Below the pieces are notes generated by a model that made no database searches, was not told where the DNA came from, and worked only from the letters and a program-made list of their open reading frames with translations. A program made the position numbers and the translations under genes. A DNA stretch of 63,171 bases, filler included, from Basidiobolus ranarum (lineage: Eukaryota): NCBI GenBank assembly GCA_040143965.1. It is 14 parts of 14 records of this genome, joined end to end, with 100 filler letters (N's around TTAATTAATTAA, not from the genome) between each part and the next. Parts side by side here need not be neighbours in the genome. Positions count along the whole stretch, not along the records: positions 13,615 to 18,045 come from JASJQH010008840.1; positions 18,146 to 22,575 come from JASJQH010008841.1; positions 22,676 to 27,103 come from JASJQH010008842.1; 11 more parts are not named here. One strand, written 5' to 3'. Within the stretch, counting starts at the first letter, position 1. Each line of letters starts with the position of its first letter. Below are positions 13,615 through 25,760 of this stretch, one piece after another.

Positions 13615-16600
13615 AGATTTATTGGATCTTATTCATACAGACTTATGTGGCCCAATGCAAACTCTGACACCAAGTAAGTGACAATATTTACTCATCTTTA
13701 TTGATGATAAATCTCACTTCACAGTTTCATATCTTCTGTTGAGCAAAGGAGATGTGTTTCAATACTTCAAGATATATGAAGCAATGGTCACAAACAAAAC
13801 AGGAAGAAAAATCAAATACCTGCTCAGTGATAATGGAACTGAATTTAGCAATGAAGCCATGACTAGCTTTTGTCAAGAAAAGGGAAAACTGCAGCAATTT
13901 ACTATTCCATATAGTGCAGAACAAAATGATGTTGCAGGAAGTATGAATAGGACTTTAGTAGAGAAAGCACATACAATGCTGATTGATTTGGATCTGCCTA
14001 AGACCTATTGGGGTGAAGCTATTTTAATAGCTACATATCTCCAAGATAGAAGTCCCACACATAGCAACCACGACTCTAAAACTCCTATTGAAATCTGGAC
14101 TGGAAACAAGCCTAATCTGAATCACCTCAGAATTTTTGGATTGATAGTATATACTCATATTCCTAAACCACAGCATAGAAAATTGGACAAAAAGGCAATT
14201 AAATGTATCCTATTAGGATATCAGAACAATGGCTACTCTCTCCTAATGGCTGGCACAAATCAAATCATCAACTCCAGAGATACTATACTCATTCAAGAAA
14301 ATCTCAAATCTTCTAATTAAGGGAATTTGATTTTGGCTGAAAATCAATTTCTCAATAACTCAAATTCTGAGTTAACAAGTCCTGAAACCAATCTTGAGCT
14401 AACAAGTACTGAAACCAACTTGGAAAATGATACATTTGAAATAGATGCTGGAATTGGGCCAAATTTGGAATCTGAAACTATCTATCAACATTATCCAAAT
14501 TTAGATAATATCACATCTGGGACAAGGTTTAAAACATCAGCCATCAATGAATATATGACAAAGCTCAAATCACTACCAATCTCTGTGGTGAATATTCCTA
14601 ACAGAAAACCAACAAGCAATAATCCCATCTCAAACTTCACTACAAGTACTGAAACCAAGGAGAAGAAATTATTATATGATATTCTGGAATCAAGCAGCTA
14701 TATGAGTAGTGAAACATTAGGCAGCACTGGAAATGCACCAATTTATACCAGAAAACCTGATAATTACTCTGAGGATACTGATGATTTGGAACCAGCTTCT
14801 GTAAATCAGCATACTATCTCCACCAATGAAAAACATGGGAATCAGAAAAAGGATATTTTTCCAGCCAATCAGGAATCAGGAAATTGGGCTCAGAAACAAG
14901 GCAATAATTTTCTGGCCAATCGCATACCTAAGAAATATCTCACTCTCAATTTGGCTGATATTGGATGCAATCAATTATTGGAAGTATCCAATCAATCACA
15001 ACAAGTATTCAATCAATCACAAAATTCAAGCATTCAGGTCTCAGAAATCCTACCAAGTGGAAATCAGAAACATCTTGTAAGTGAAACATCTGACTATTCT
15101 ACCAAGGACTTTGGATGTCTCAAATCAGAGCATGAAATCAACAGTTTCAATTCAGAAAAAGGGTGGAATATTTCAGCACATATAGCATTTTCTGAACCTG
15201 AAAATTTGACACAAGCTCTGATATCTGATGAAGCAACAAAATGAGAAAAGTGACTGATCATGAAATTCACTCCCTAATCAAGAGTAACACATGGATCCTT
15301 GTGGACTTACCTACTGGAAGAAAAACTATTGGTAATAGATAGGTGCTGAAACTGAAACTTAACTCAGATGGATCTATCAACCAGTTCAAAGCAAGATTAG
15401 TAGTCGAAGGCTATGCTCAGAAACATGGTATTGACTATGATGAAACATGTTCTCATATTGCTAAGTTTACCTCAATTAGAGTAATCCTAGCCATTGCTAC
15501 CCACCAAGGAATACTGATTGAACAAAAGGATGTCAAGACAGCATTTCTTAATGGAGAAATTCATGAAGATATATACATGGATCAACCAGAGGGATATATT
15601 GCAAAAGGAAAAGAACATCAAGTATGCAAGCTACAGAGAAGTCTATTTGGTCTGAAATAGGCACCTTGCACATGGAATACCAAAATCAATCAGATCTTCA
15701 TGAAACAGCTTTTCCATTATAGCAAAGCTGATTACTACAAATATTTCAAGACTATCAATGGCACCAAAGTGATAATTGCTCTCTATGTTGATGATATCAT
15801 AATAGTTAGTAATTGCTCAAATCTGATGAAACAAACTAAGACCTGGCTATCTACCGAGTTTGAAATGCAAGATCTTGGATCACTAGCATATTGTCTTGGA
15901 ATGCAGATACATCAAAATTCCACTATTGGAACACTCTGTATTACACAAGAAAAATATATTGGAGATGTTTTAAACAGATTCAATATGTCAGAATGTAAAA
16001 CAGCTTCAAATCCACTACGTATGCTGAAACTCACTAAGAATATGGAACCAAAGACCTCTGAAGATATTGAAATCATGAAACATATTCCTTACCATAGTGC
16101 AGTTGGAAGTCTCATATATGCAACAACTGGTACTAGGCCTGATATTGCTACAGCAGTAAGCATAGTAAGCAAATATATGGAAAATCCTGCAATGGAACAT
16201 TGGATAGCTGTGAAACAGATAATACGCTATCTGAAAGGAACAATACATCATGGAATTCAATTTAGTAAGCAGTACAACATGTTACTTATTTTGGAAGGAT
16301 ATGCTGATGCAGACTGGGCTAACAATACAGAAGACTGTAAGTCCAGAAATGGATATGTGTTTATGCTAGCAGGTGGGCCAATAAGCTGGATTAGCAAGAA
16401 ACAACAAACTGTTGGATTATCAACTACAGAAGCAGAACATATGGCAAGCTCTATGGCTGTACAAGAAGCTATATGGCCAAGGAGTCATCTCAAGGAGCTA
16501 GGATATGGTCAAGTTAATCCTACCCCAATATATCTAGATAATATTGGTTGTATTCAGATCATCAAGAATCCTGAGAATCACTCAAGGATGAAACATGTTG

Positions 16601-16785
16601 ACATAAGACATCATTTTATACAAGAAAAAGCTCAAGACAAAGAAGTGAACTTCATTTATTGTAATACTGAAAACATGCTTGCAGATACTAACAAAACCAC
16701 TCAAAACCTCAAGCTTTGAGAAGTTAAGAGCAGGAAAAGGCATTAGTGAGTATAAGCATAATGCTGAATAAGAATTAAGGGAAGG
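13615..16785 (+). mobile_element. Ty1/copia pol (integrase, RT, RNase H), the best preserved copy, with a few nonsense codons
   Basis: [99 protein letters not shown] before the LTR. Stops at 15242, 15340 and 15658. Confidence 0.97.
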
Positions 16786-17068
16786 TGTTGGATAATTAAT
16801 CTTAAATAACATCATTGTTAACTTTAGTCATGATACATACATCAGAAACAGAAAGCAATGTATCTATAGCCCCTATATTACATGTCTTATTACCCCCACT
16901 TAACTATTATATCTTATACACCAACTCCTGAATATCTCAAACAATTGATTTACTTTTCTACTATATAAGTCACCATATACTCTTAAGAATAAAGTAACTA
17001 AAAACACACTATCATAAGTTGCTTCTAATATTCAAAGTCTACCCCCATGATATCAAGATCCTCCAGCT
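16786..17068 (+). repeat. Copia LTR family B (3' LTR)
   Basis: Starts TGTTGGATAATTAAT right after the PPT. Reverse complement of the TSD-flanked solo LTR at 37425-37740. Confidence 0.9.
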
Positions 17069-17069
17069 A

Positions 17070-18045
17070 TTTCCACCAAAATGTATATATGCTTAAGTTC
17101 TGGTCAATAAATAGTTATCTCACATAGCTATTCACAACTCCACTTTTCTAAAGTTCCTCCAAACAGCCCATATTTTCCTAATAATAATCAAGTCCAACAT
17201 AGCTAAATCTCCTATACCATGGTACAATAGTTTCTTGATTGGAATAATTTATATTTACACACAAACCTCTTGGATTGTATGTAAGTTTGTATAAGTTCTA
17301 ATCCTTTTCTTCTAAAGCTAAATAATTCTCATTTTGATCAGTGATGGTTCATCCTGACTTATCAAAATTGAATTTTTGCCCTTCTGAGGTGTCCTCGCAT
17401 ACAGACATTAAATTCTTGGCACTATCTGGGACATGTAGTACATTCTTAAAAGTATACACTTTCTCTTCATAAGCTCCAGTTAAAGTAACTAGAATAGTTC
17501 CATTTTCAATGGCTTCCAATGAGTGGTCATCTCCTATGAAAGCATTTCTAATTGGGATTTCTTCATAATCCACAAACCAATGTTCTTCATTTGTGAAATG
17601 TTGGCAAGCTCCAGAATCAATATACCACATCTGAGAATTTGTTGGTAATCACAGATAGAGTGGATTTGACCAAATGATCTTCTGTTGTAGCCATATTTCC
17701 AGATTTGGTGTGTTTTTCTTTAGCAATTCTTTGAAAGCAATCTTTGCTTAAATGATCAATTCTTTTACAGTAATCACATAATGTGTTGCTTTTCTTCTTA
17801 AAGTGCTTTTAGCATTTGGAGGAAGGTTTCTCATAGCTGATTAAAGTATTTTCTTCATTCTTTTAGTTGGATATCAATTTGCATAAATCTTCATCCAGAA
17901 GTCTTTGAATAAATGTTTTAAAGTTGAGTTTTCAGTTCTTGATTTTAGAGCTAATACTAGGCTCTGAAACTTATGTGGTTGGCTATTCAGGACTGCAACT
18001 ATGATATCTTGATCAGTGGTAAATTCTCCAATGCATTCTATTTCA
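17070..18045 (-). mobile_element. Degenerate copia gag-protease-preintegrase fragment
   Basis: Zinc knuckle CDYCKRIDHLSKDC, protease WYIDSGACQH, NVLHVP..KNLMSV. Confidence 0.9.
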
Positions 18046-18145
18046 NNNNNNNNNNNNNNNNNNNNNNNNNNNNNNNNNNNNNNNNNNNNTTAATTAATTA
18101 ANNNNNNNNNNNNNNNNNNNNNNNNNNNNNNNNNNNNNNNNNNNN

Positions 18146-19060
18146 CTAAGGCCCACACACTATTTGGTACAAAAAAATCAGAAGTTAATCAAGTGTGGAG
18201 ATGTGATTTTTAAAGAAAAGCCAATAAATTCCCTCAAATCACAGTTCTTGATCCAGCAAACACAATCAGAACTATTCAGGAAGTGTCTGATAGAATTCCA
18301 GCACAATTAGAGCCCTATTTAACTAAAATACCAGTGCCTATTACATCAGAGGATGCTTCAGGACTCCAAAGATCAACCAGAAGGAGAAATTAGCTAGGAA
18401 ACTGGTGGAAAACTTCCAATGCTGAATGTATATGCTTATGCAGCAAAGCTATATAACTCCCAATTTGATCAATGCTGGTGTATCCTGACATAGTAAAATT
18501 GCTTTTTGGCCCTTCTGAGATGGCCCTGAATACAGATATTAAACTTTTGGCAGTACCTGGAACACATGGTACATCCTTAAAAGTATACACCATCTCTTCA
18601 GAAGCTCCTGTTGAATTGACTTGAACTGCTCCTATTCCAATAGCATCCAATGTGTTATCCTCTCCCATGAAAACCTTTAAATTGGGATTTTTGCATAATC
18701 TACATATCAACATTTTTCAGCTATAATATGTTGGAAGCCAGCAGAATCAAAATACAACATCTTAGAAACCATGTAGACAGTTCTAGATAGAGAAGATATG
18801 ACAAAGTGGTCTAATGTTGTAACCATATTTCCAGATTCAGTATGTTTTTCTTCTTTTGCAATTCTTCAATACCAATCTTTGCTTAAATAGCCAGTTTTTT
18901 ACATTAGTCACAGAATATGTTCCCTTTCTTCTTAAAGTGCTTTTGACTTTTATGAAAAGGTTTCCCATAGCTTTTTGAAGCATTTTTTTCATTCTGATCA
19001 CAGTAACTATATCCATGATCATAAACTCCAGAATTAGAAATTTGCAATCATGCAACAATC
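18146..19060. mobile_element. Scrambled copia fragments: integrase tail (+, 18146-18440) and gag/protease (-, 18450-19000)
   Basis: 18146-18440 resembles 21020-21310. The minus-strand part resembles 17340-17850 (VYTFKDV, KSLISV). Confidence 0.8.
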
Positions 19061-19067
19061 ATAAGAT

Positions 19068-19418
19068 TGTTGAAATTAGGTAAGTAGCTACTCAATATTT
19101 AGTAGTTATTTCATTCATATTTGGTTTGTTTAGCACTCAATTCTGCCATTCAAAAATGTGCATTTATTTCTCCAATTGATAGAAATATCAATTAGATCAC
19201 TTTTACAAATATTCACTATTTTCTTGAAATTTCCCCAAATCACCTCCAATTTTCACCCATGCTTAACAGGCATGCTTGTTATGCTCTAAGCACATCCACA
19301 AGTTCCAATTCACAGTAAACTACCAATAGTAAATGTTCAATTCAATAAATCTTAAGTGTCTGATTCACAAATATAAATCTTGTTCAAAACACTTCTGAAT
19401 CCACTGAGCACTTCATCA
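19068..19418 (+). repeat. Copia LTR family C (5' LTR)
   Basis: TGTTGAAATTAGG...TTCATCA, followed directly by the PBS and gag. Copies at 40768-41010, 44952-45176, 59745-60096 and 62703-63042. Confidence 0.9.
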
Positions 19419-19430
19419 GGTTATGGGCCC
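19419..19430 (+). promoter_or_regulatory. Primer-binding site GGTTATGGGCCC (half initiator tRNA-Met type, as in Drosophila copia and Ty5)
   Basis: Abuts the LTR 3' CA. Degenerate copies at 63043 (GGTTATGAGTTC) and 59744 on the minus strand (GGTGATGCACCC). Confidence 0.88.
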
Positions 19431-19449
19431 CAAGATAGCTGTTAAAGGA

Positions 19450-22400
19450 ATGTCTACCAGTACTAGTACCAATGTGTTTGCATTCACAGAGAAGTTAGAT
19501 AGTGAAAATTTTCACCTTTGGAAGTTCAAGGTGCAAATGGTGCTAGAAGACAAGGACCTTTGGGGATCTGTTATAGCTGTAGAAATAGAGCAAAAGAGAC
19601 CACAAGAAGCTATCCTTGCCTTTCACAAGAAGCATTAAAGAGCACTCTCTATACTTAGGCTACATCTCAGAGACTCTCAATTGAGACTCATACAGTCAGC
19701 CAAAAACATTTGGAATGCTAGGAAAAGGCTTGAGGGACTATTTGAGACTAAAAGTCTGGCTAATAGGCTATATCTTAGGTGAGAATTATTTTCCATTTTG
19801 AAGATTTTATGATTAATTGTATAAACTAGATTAAAACTATGGTAGATCAGCTCTCATCCATTGGTGCACCTCTATATGAAGATGACTTATTCAGGACACT
19901 ACTTGAGAGCCTGCCTGACAAGTATGAGAACCTCATAATTGCCCTAAAATCAAGAGCTGAGCTATTAGCAATAGAGTATATTGGTGTCAGGCATTTGATT
20001 GAGGAATTAAGGAGATCTAATTCTTAGCATAATAATGCGGAACAGGCATTTTTTGTTACTGTAAAATATCCAACAGGCTTCAATAATGGTGGCTGTAATA
20101 GGAAATCAGCCATCTGCAAGTATTGCAAGAACCCAGGCCATTTAATCAAGATTGCAGAAAAATGATTTTCACCCAAAAGCTAAAATCAGAACAAGCAAAT
20201 CAAGTGAGCACTGATAGGGATGATCTATTACTGTCAGCCCTATCAGTAACCACTAAAGAAGACTCAGAAACATGGTAAGTTGATTCAGGAGCTTCCCAAC
20301 ATATGTCAAACAAGACAGATAGGTTTTCCAGCTTAAAATATGTCCAAACAAGGAGAGTCTACCTAGGTGCTGACTATGCACTTGACGCAGTTTGGTAAGG
20401 GCATAGTTGAGCTCAATTTGGACCAATATTCAGCTACACCATCTGCAAAATTGGAAGATGTACTCTATGTACTAAATATGGCCAAGAATCTACTCTCAAT
20501 AATCCAAGCTTCAACTCAAGGACTAAATTTGTGTTCAGCAAGGATGGAAGCACATTCACAGATCACAATAACACCAAATTAGCTACAAGAATCAAAACTC
20601 AAAACCTATGCAAGCTACAAATCAACAAATCACATTGTGAGCATGCAAACTTGGCCAAAACCGGTGATCTCAGCTGTGAAACATGACATAAGAGTTGAGG
20701 CCACATTGGGGACAAAATCTGAGTTGCAGAATGTGTTAATAGAACTATAGTAGGGATGGCAAGATCAATGATTCATGATCAAAAGTAGATTACCAATATT
20801 AGGCTGAATCTGTCTCAACAGCTATATCAAAACAGATGCCCAACAAGATTGCTACAGAACTCTACTCCATTTGAAGCCCTATATTGCTCAAAACCAAGTG
20901 TAGAACATCTCAGGATATTTGGTTGCACAGCATATTGCCTAATTCTGGCTTAGAAATGCTCTAAATTGGAATACAAAAGCAGAAAATGCATGTTTCCTGG
21001 ATACTGCGATGGATTCAAAGCCTACCAAGTGTTTGATACCATAAATCAGAAGTTGATTAAGTGAGAGGTGTGATTTTGGATGAAAAAGCAAGCTTTTTAT
21101 CTCAGATCATATTTTTGATCAAAAAAAACCCAATCAGCACTGTTCAGGAAGTTTCTGACAAAATTCCAGCTACATATGAGCCCTATTCAACCAAAATTCC
21201 AGTTCTAATTAAATCTCAGGAAGACTCAGGACCCAGAAGATCAACCAGAAGGAGAAACACGCCAAGAAAGGGGGGGAATACTTCCAATGTAGATGTATAT
21301 ACTTATGAGGCATTCTGTGACAAGCCACAGACTCTAGATCAAGATCTGGAGTGTCCACATTCAAAATTATGTGAAAATTAATGTCTGATGAGCTTTGTTC
21401 ACTTCAGAACAATGGAACATGGGTTTTATGTCCCCTACCCTCAGTGAGAAGCCTGATAGACTGCAAATGGATCTACAAAGTCAAAACTGAGCTGATGGTG
21501 CCACAGAAAGTTACAAAGCAACATTAGTTGCAAAAGGTTATTCCAAGACTCCAGGAGTTGATTTTATTGAAAATTTTGCTTCAGTAACTAAGTTTAGCTT
21601 CATTAGCTTAATCCTGGCACCTGCAGCCATCCTTAACCTTGATCAAATCAAATGGATGTAAAAATGGCCTTTCTGAATGGAAATCTAGAAGAAGAGATCT
21701 ATATGGAGCAACCAGATGGATTTGTTGACCCAAAACACCGTGATATTGTCTGTAAGCTGCAAAAATTGCAATTCGGAATCTAGCACGCACCAACAGGATA
21801 ATACAACAAGATAGATACCTATTTGGAATCACTGAAACTTCAAAAACACACAGTAGATCACAGTATTTATGTCAAAATAACTGTATATAGGATCCCTATC
21901 TTGGCACTCTATGTCAATGACTTGATCATAGCCACAAATGATCTAGAAGTATTAAATCAGACAAAAAGAATCTTATTATTGGTGTATTGAGTTATTTTCT
22001 TGGAATCTAAGTCAAGAGAGATAAACATAATCAGAAAATCATGCTGAATCAGTCTAGATTCATCCTAGACATCTTAAAATGCTTCAACATGGAGAATAGC
22101 AAGCCTGTATCAACACCAATGGATCCAGAAGTGAAATTAATTAAATTTTCATTCAATTTGGCCAAAAATGACTTATAGCAAGGCTGCAGTTCCTTCATCA
22201 ATCCATGGTGTGCAGTTTAATGTACACAATGGTTGGAACACATCCATACATTGCTGTGGCGGTGGGAACTGTCAGCCAATATATCAAAATCCAGGATCTA
22301 AGCACAAAATTGCAGTAAAACAAACATTCAAGTATTTGCAATGAACTGTAAATTTAGTTCTGGTATACTCTGCCACTCCTGATGCAAGAAATTTTGAAGG

Positions 22401-22575
22401 CTACAGTGATGCAAACTGGGGAAGAAACCTTGAAGACAAAGATCAACAACTGGGTTCACTTTTCTCTATGGTAATGGAGCCATAACTTGAAATAGTAAGA
22501 AGCAACCAACAATAGCACTTACCACTACAGAAGCAGAGTATATGGCTAGCTCTGATACTACACAAGAAGATATGT
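19450..22575 (+). mobile_element. Degenerate Ty1/copia internal region (gag to RNase H) with the integrase core deleted
   Basis: [82 protein letters not shown] is joined directly to VAECVNRT at about 20720. Confidence 0.95.
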
Positions 22576-22675
22576 NNNNNNNNNNNNNNNNNNNNNNNNN
22601 NNNNNNNNNNNNNNNNNNNTTAATTAATTAANNNNNNNNNNNNNNNNNNNNNNNNNNNNNNNNNNNNNNNNNNNN

Positions 22676-23062
22676 GGCATTCGGAATTTACTCACCGAAG
22701 CACAGTATACACAGTTTGAGCCTTGCATCGAAAATCCCTTTAGATCCTTACTCCACGACCACATAGAAACGTATCGGCCACCCCACCCACAAACTGGCGT
22801 TTCAGGAGGAATCTTTCTTGAAGACCGCGTTCATTTTTTCAAACTACCAGCCCAAACACATTCTCGAGCTGTCGGTGGGCGAAATAAGCGACACGTGTGT
22901 GGTGTGTGTCAAAAAAGATTCACAAGGCCTAGTTCACTAAAAATCCAAATACTTTCACATACTGGCGAGAAGCCATACGCGTGTGACATGCTAGGGTGTA
23001 ACAAAAAGTTCTCGGTTCTATCAAATCTACGTCGCCATTATAAAGTTCATTTTTCTACATGA
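22676..23062 (+). CDS. C2H2 zinc-finger transcription factor (two fingers), 5' end cut by the contig edge
   Basis: 129-codon open frame GIRNLL...KRHVCGVCQKRFTRPSSLKIQILSHTGEKPYACDMLGCNKKFSVLSNLRRHYKVHFST*; TGEKPY linker. Absent from the ORF track because it has no ATG. Confidence 0.92.
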   Translation, partial: GIRNLLTEAQYTQFEPCIENPFRSLLHDHIETYRPPHPQTGVSGGIFLEDRVHFFKLPAQTHSRAVGGRNKRHVCGVCQKRFTRPSSLKIQILSHTGEKPYACDMLGCNKKFSVLSNLRRHYKVHFST

Positions 23063-25760
23063 ATATACCGAATCCTAGACTATGTTGCTGGCGTCGAGTT
23101 AAAATCATTTTAGTGAAAATAACTAATTGAATTGCATTACCATGTACAGTCATTGTTTCTTTTGATGAATACAAGCCATCTTTGACAAGAGCTTGTTTTG
23201 AAGTTCAAATAAAAGCCTTTACTTCCTAGAGTATCTCGATGGTTTGGATTCCTTTAATTATGAAATACCTGCACCACCATGTCGTATAGGTTTAGCTTGT
23301 TATTTGTGCAGATCAATCAACTCTTGTCGCTCTTTAATCTTCCAGCACGAAGGTCAACTGAGCACATCTTACAAAATGCACAAATCATATACATATTTAC
23401 CTGCTGTCGTTGAACTATACAGATCACCTTGAAGTACTAGGCTGATCGCAAAATCGGAGGTTTGATGCGATCACGAGATGCACTGCTCATTTCTTCAGTA
23501 AGAAGCAAATCACCTTGTGTATGCCTCGCCCTTGAGCCGATTTATGAGGATTGTCAGGGGGCTACCTTTTGAGATAATCGCACTGTTCATCCTCAGTGAC
23601 CCTCTCAGAACTGAGCCAGAAATTAGCAACTGTAGCAGGCTCCCTGAACCTACGGCGGTCGCGCATAGGACTTATGGAGGCAGGTTTGTATAACAATATA
23701 ACTAAAAGGTACCGAATTAGCCGTTGACTCTTTAGATGATTGAACAAAAGGCTACAAGTGAGACAACGATTTTTAATTCCTCCCAAATACTGAGAACATT
23801 TCGCATCTAATTACACGTAGAAACGAATGAAAATATGCATTGATGTAGCCTTGCTAGTTACAGCGATGAGATAATATTGATTCTCTATCGATGATGCTTC
23901 ATCTTAGATTGCGGTCTGGAGTTGAAATAGGACTACGAGCAAATCATGCGGACCTTGCCCCTGGCCTTCTGCGAGAAAAATACCAGATTGATCAATGGCA
24001 CTTGACTTAATTTAGCATCATACAATAGACATGATTGCCGTTGTGTCATTCGTATATAATAAATATCGGAATATAAGCAGCAATCAAAACAATCGATTGC
24101 ATCGAATGGTCTTACTAACCTGGTGCCATTCTGGGCTTTACTAGACATGCTACATACAGGATTGAAACTTACAATCCTCACTCCATGGCCACTCACGAAA
24201 CTCGGTGCCATAAGCTTACCATCAATCTACGCCCGAACTGCACAAGTCCGATGACGATGGATGTTCCATATTTCCAGATCATTTTGACTCCACAATAATT
24301 TATAGAACCTTTTCTGCATGTAAAACAAGTACATTCTCTCAATGTGAGTAGTGGAGGAAGTGAGAAGGGATCTGAGACCGTCTTTCTTAATCAGCAATGG
24401 GCTATTCAGTCGAACTTGCCCCTTTCCCACTCCTCTCTCAACAAATCAAGATTCAATGTGGGCAGGTTTGATTATTAATCCATAGCAACCATGCCAATGC
24501 GTAAATTAGCCATTAGTCCATGTAGCGTAGTGATTCTCCGCAGAAGTGAGCACCCTATATGTATTTCAGTTGACATAAAATCACTTGCTTGATTATTTAC
24601 AGCATGGGAGAGATCCCAATATAAACTACGTTTCAAGTAACCGCCATAGCCTCTGCTGTCAATTTAGACTCAAACCACACTTATCACCCTTAAGTATCTA
24701 CGCATCACCTCCTCATTCATCTGTTGACCTAATTGTAAAGTCAATATATGGGGACTTCGTAGTAAGTCTGACTTAAAATATGCTGCATCTAGCTCTCCTC
24801 TCTACATACACACACTGTAAGAATAACTTTTATATGTTGGCATTGGCAGGTGTTTCGTTTATCCATCATATAAATTAGCAATAGAGTTGACTAAAACCAC
24901 ATTTCAAATGGATGTATCGTATAAAGCTTAGCGCACATCCATTACATAGGACATATTCCATCAGATTTAACTATTCCCTTTCAAGCCACAGGGAACTGCT
25001 ATTCTATTGAGACATGAATCATTAGTATACGCTTTAGAGTATTAACATATATGGGTTCATGTAAACAAGCTATTGCTGGCACTAATTAAACGAATACGAA
25101 CATTTCCCGATTACATAAACAAGAGATACCTACACCTCAGAATTCCCAAAAGATCTCTTGGCTTCTCTAGTTCAATATGCCTCTTATTCAACTGACCTTA
25201 TACATACAAGAAAAAGGGAATACCTCTAAGCACCATGGTAGGTAGCTATGTCAAGACCAGAGGATCTCGAATGAATCAAAGTACATAAATGGATAATGTC
25301 TATTGGTTAAGTTACTCATAAAATTCAAAATCAAAGCATCCCTTAAATACTGGGAATCTTCTACTTTTAAAGTATGGCTTCAGTAAGAACAAAGTTATCT
25401 CTGCAGTTGGCAATATTCCCACCAATGTTCAAGTGACCTGTTAAAAATATTTATTTTCAAGGGTTCATATTCAGTTTGCTTATTAAATAAACATTCAATT
25501 ATTTTCGAAATGTATTTATTATCTTGAACTAAACATCTACGTAAGGTGCTTTGGAATATATGATATACTATTGCTTCATGTGAGAAACTTCATGTACAAT
25601 GTTAAGAATTGTTAAGACTTCATGTAATCCATTCTGAGAATGTGATTTTTTCAAATCATGTGATGCACATCTTGGGAACTAGTGAGATTCAAATTTTGAC
25701 TGACTACGCAATTGTATAAAAGTATAAAACTACATTTCTCCATGAATCCTGGAGATATTC

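Noticed and set aside
19068..19418. LTR-C seen mostly before gag and LTR-A mostly after RNase H, suggesting one element with non-identical LTRs
   Set aside because: The sample is small, no contig holds both ends, LTR-A occurs as a TSD-flanked solo LTR, and LTR-C at 60096 has its own PPT-like flank.
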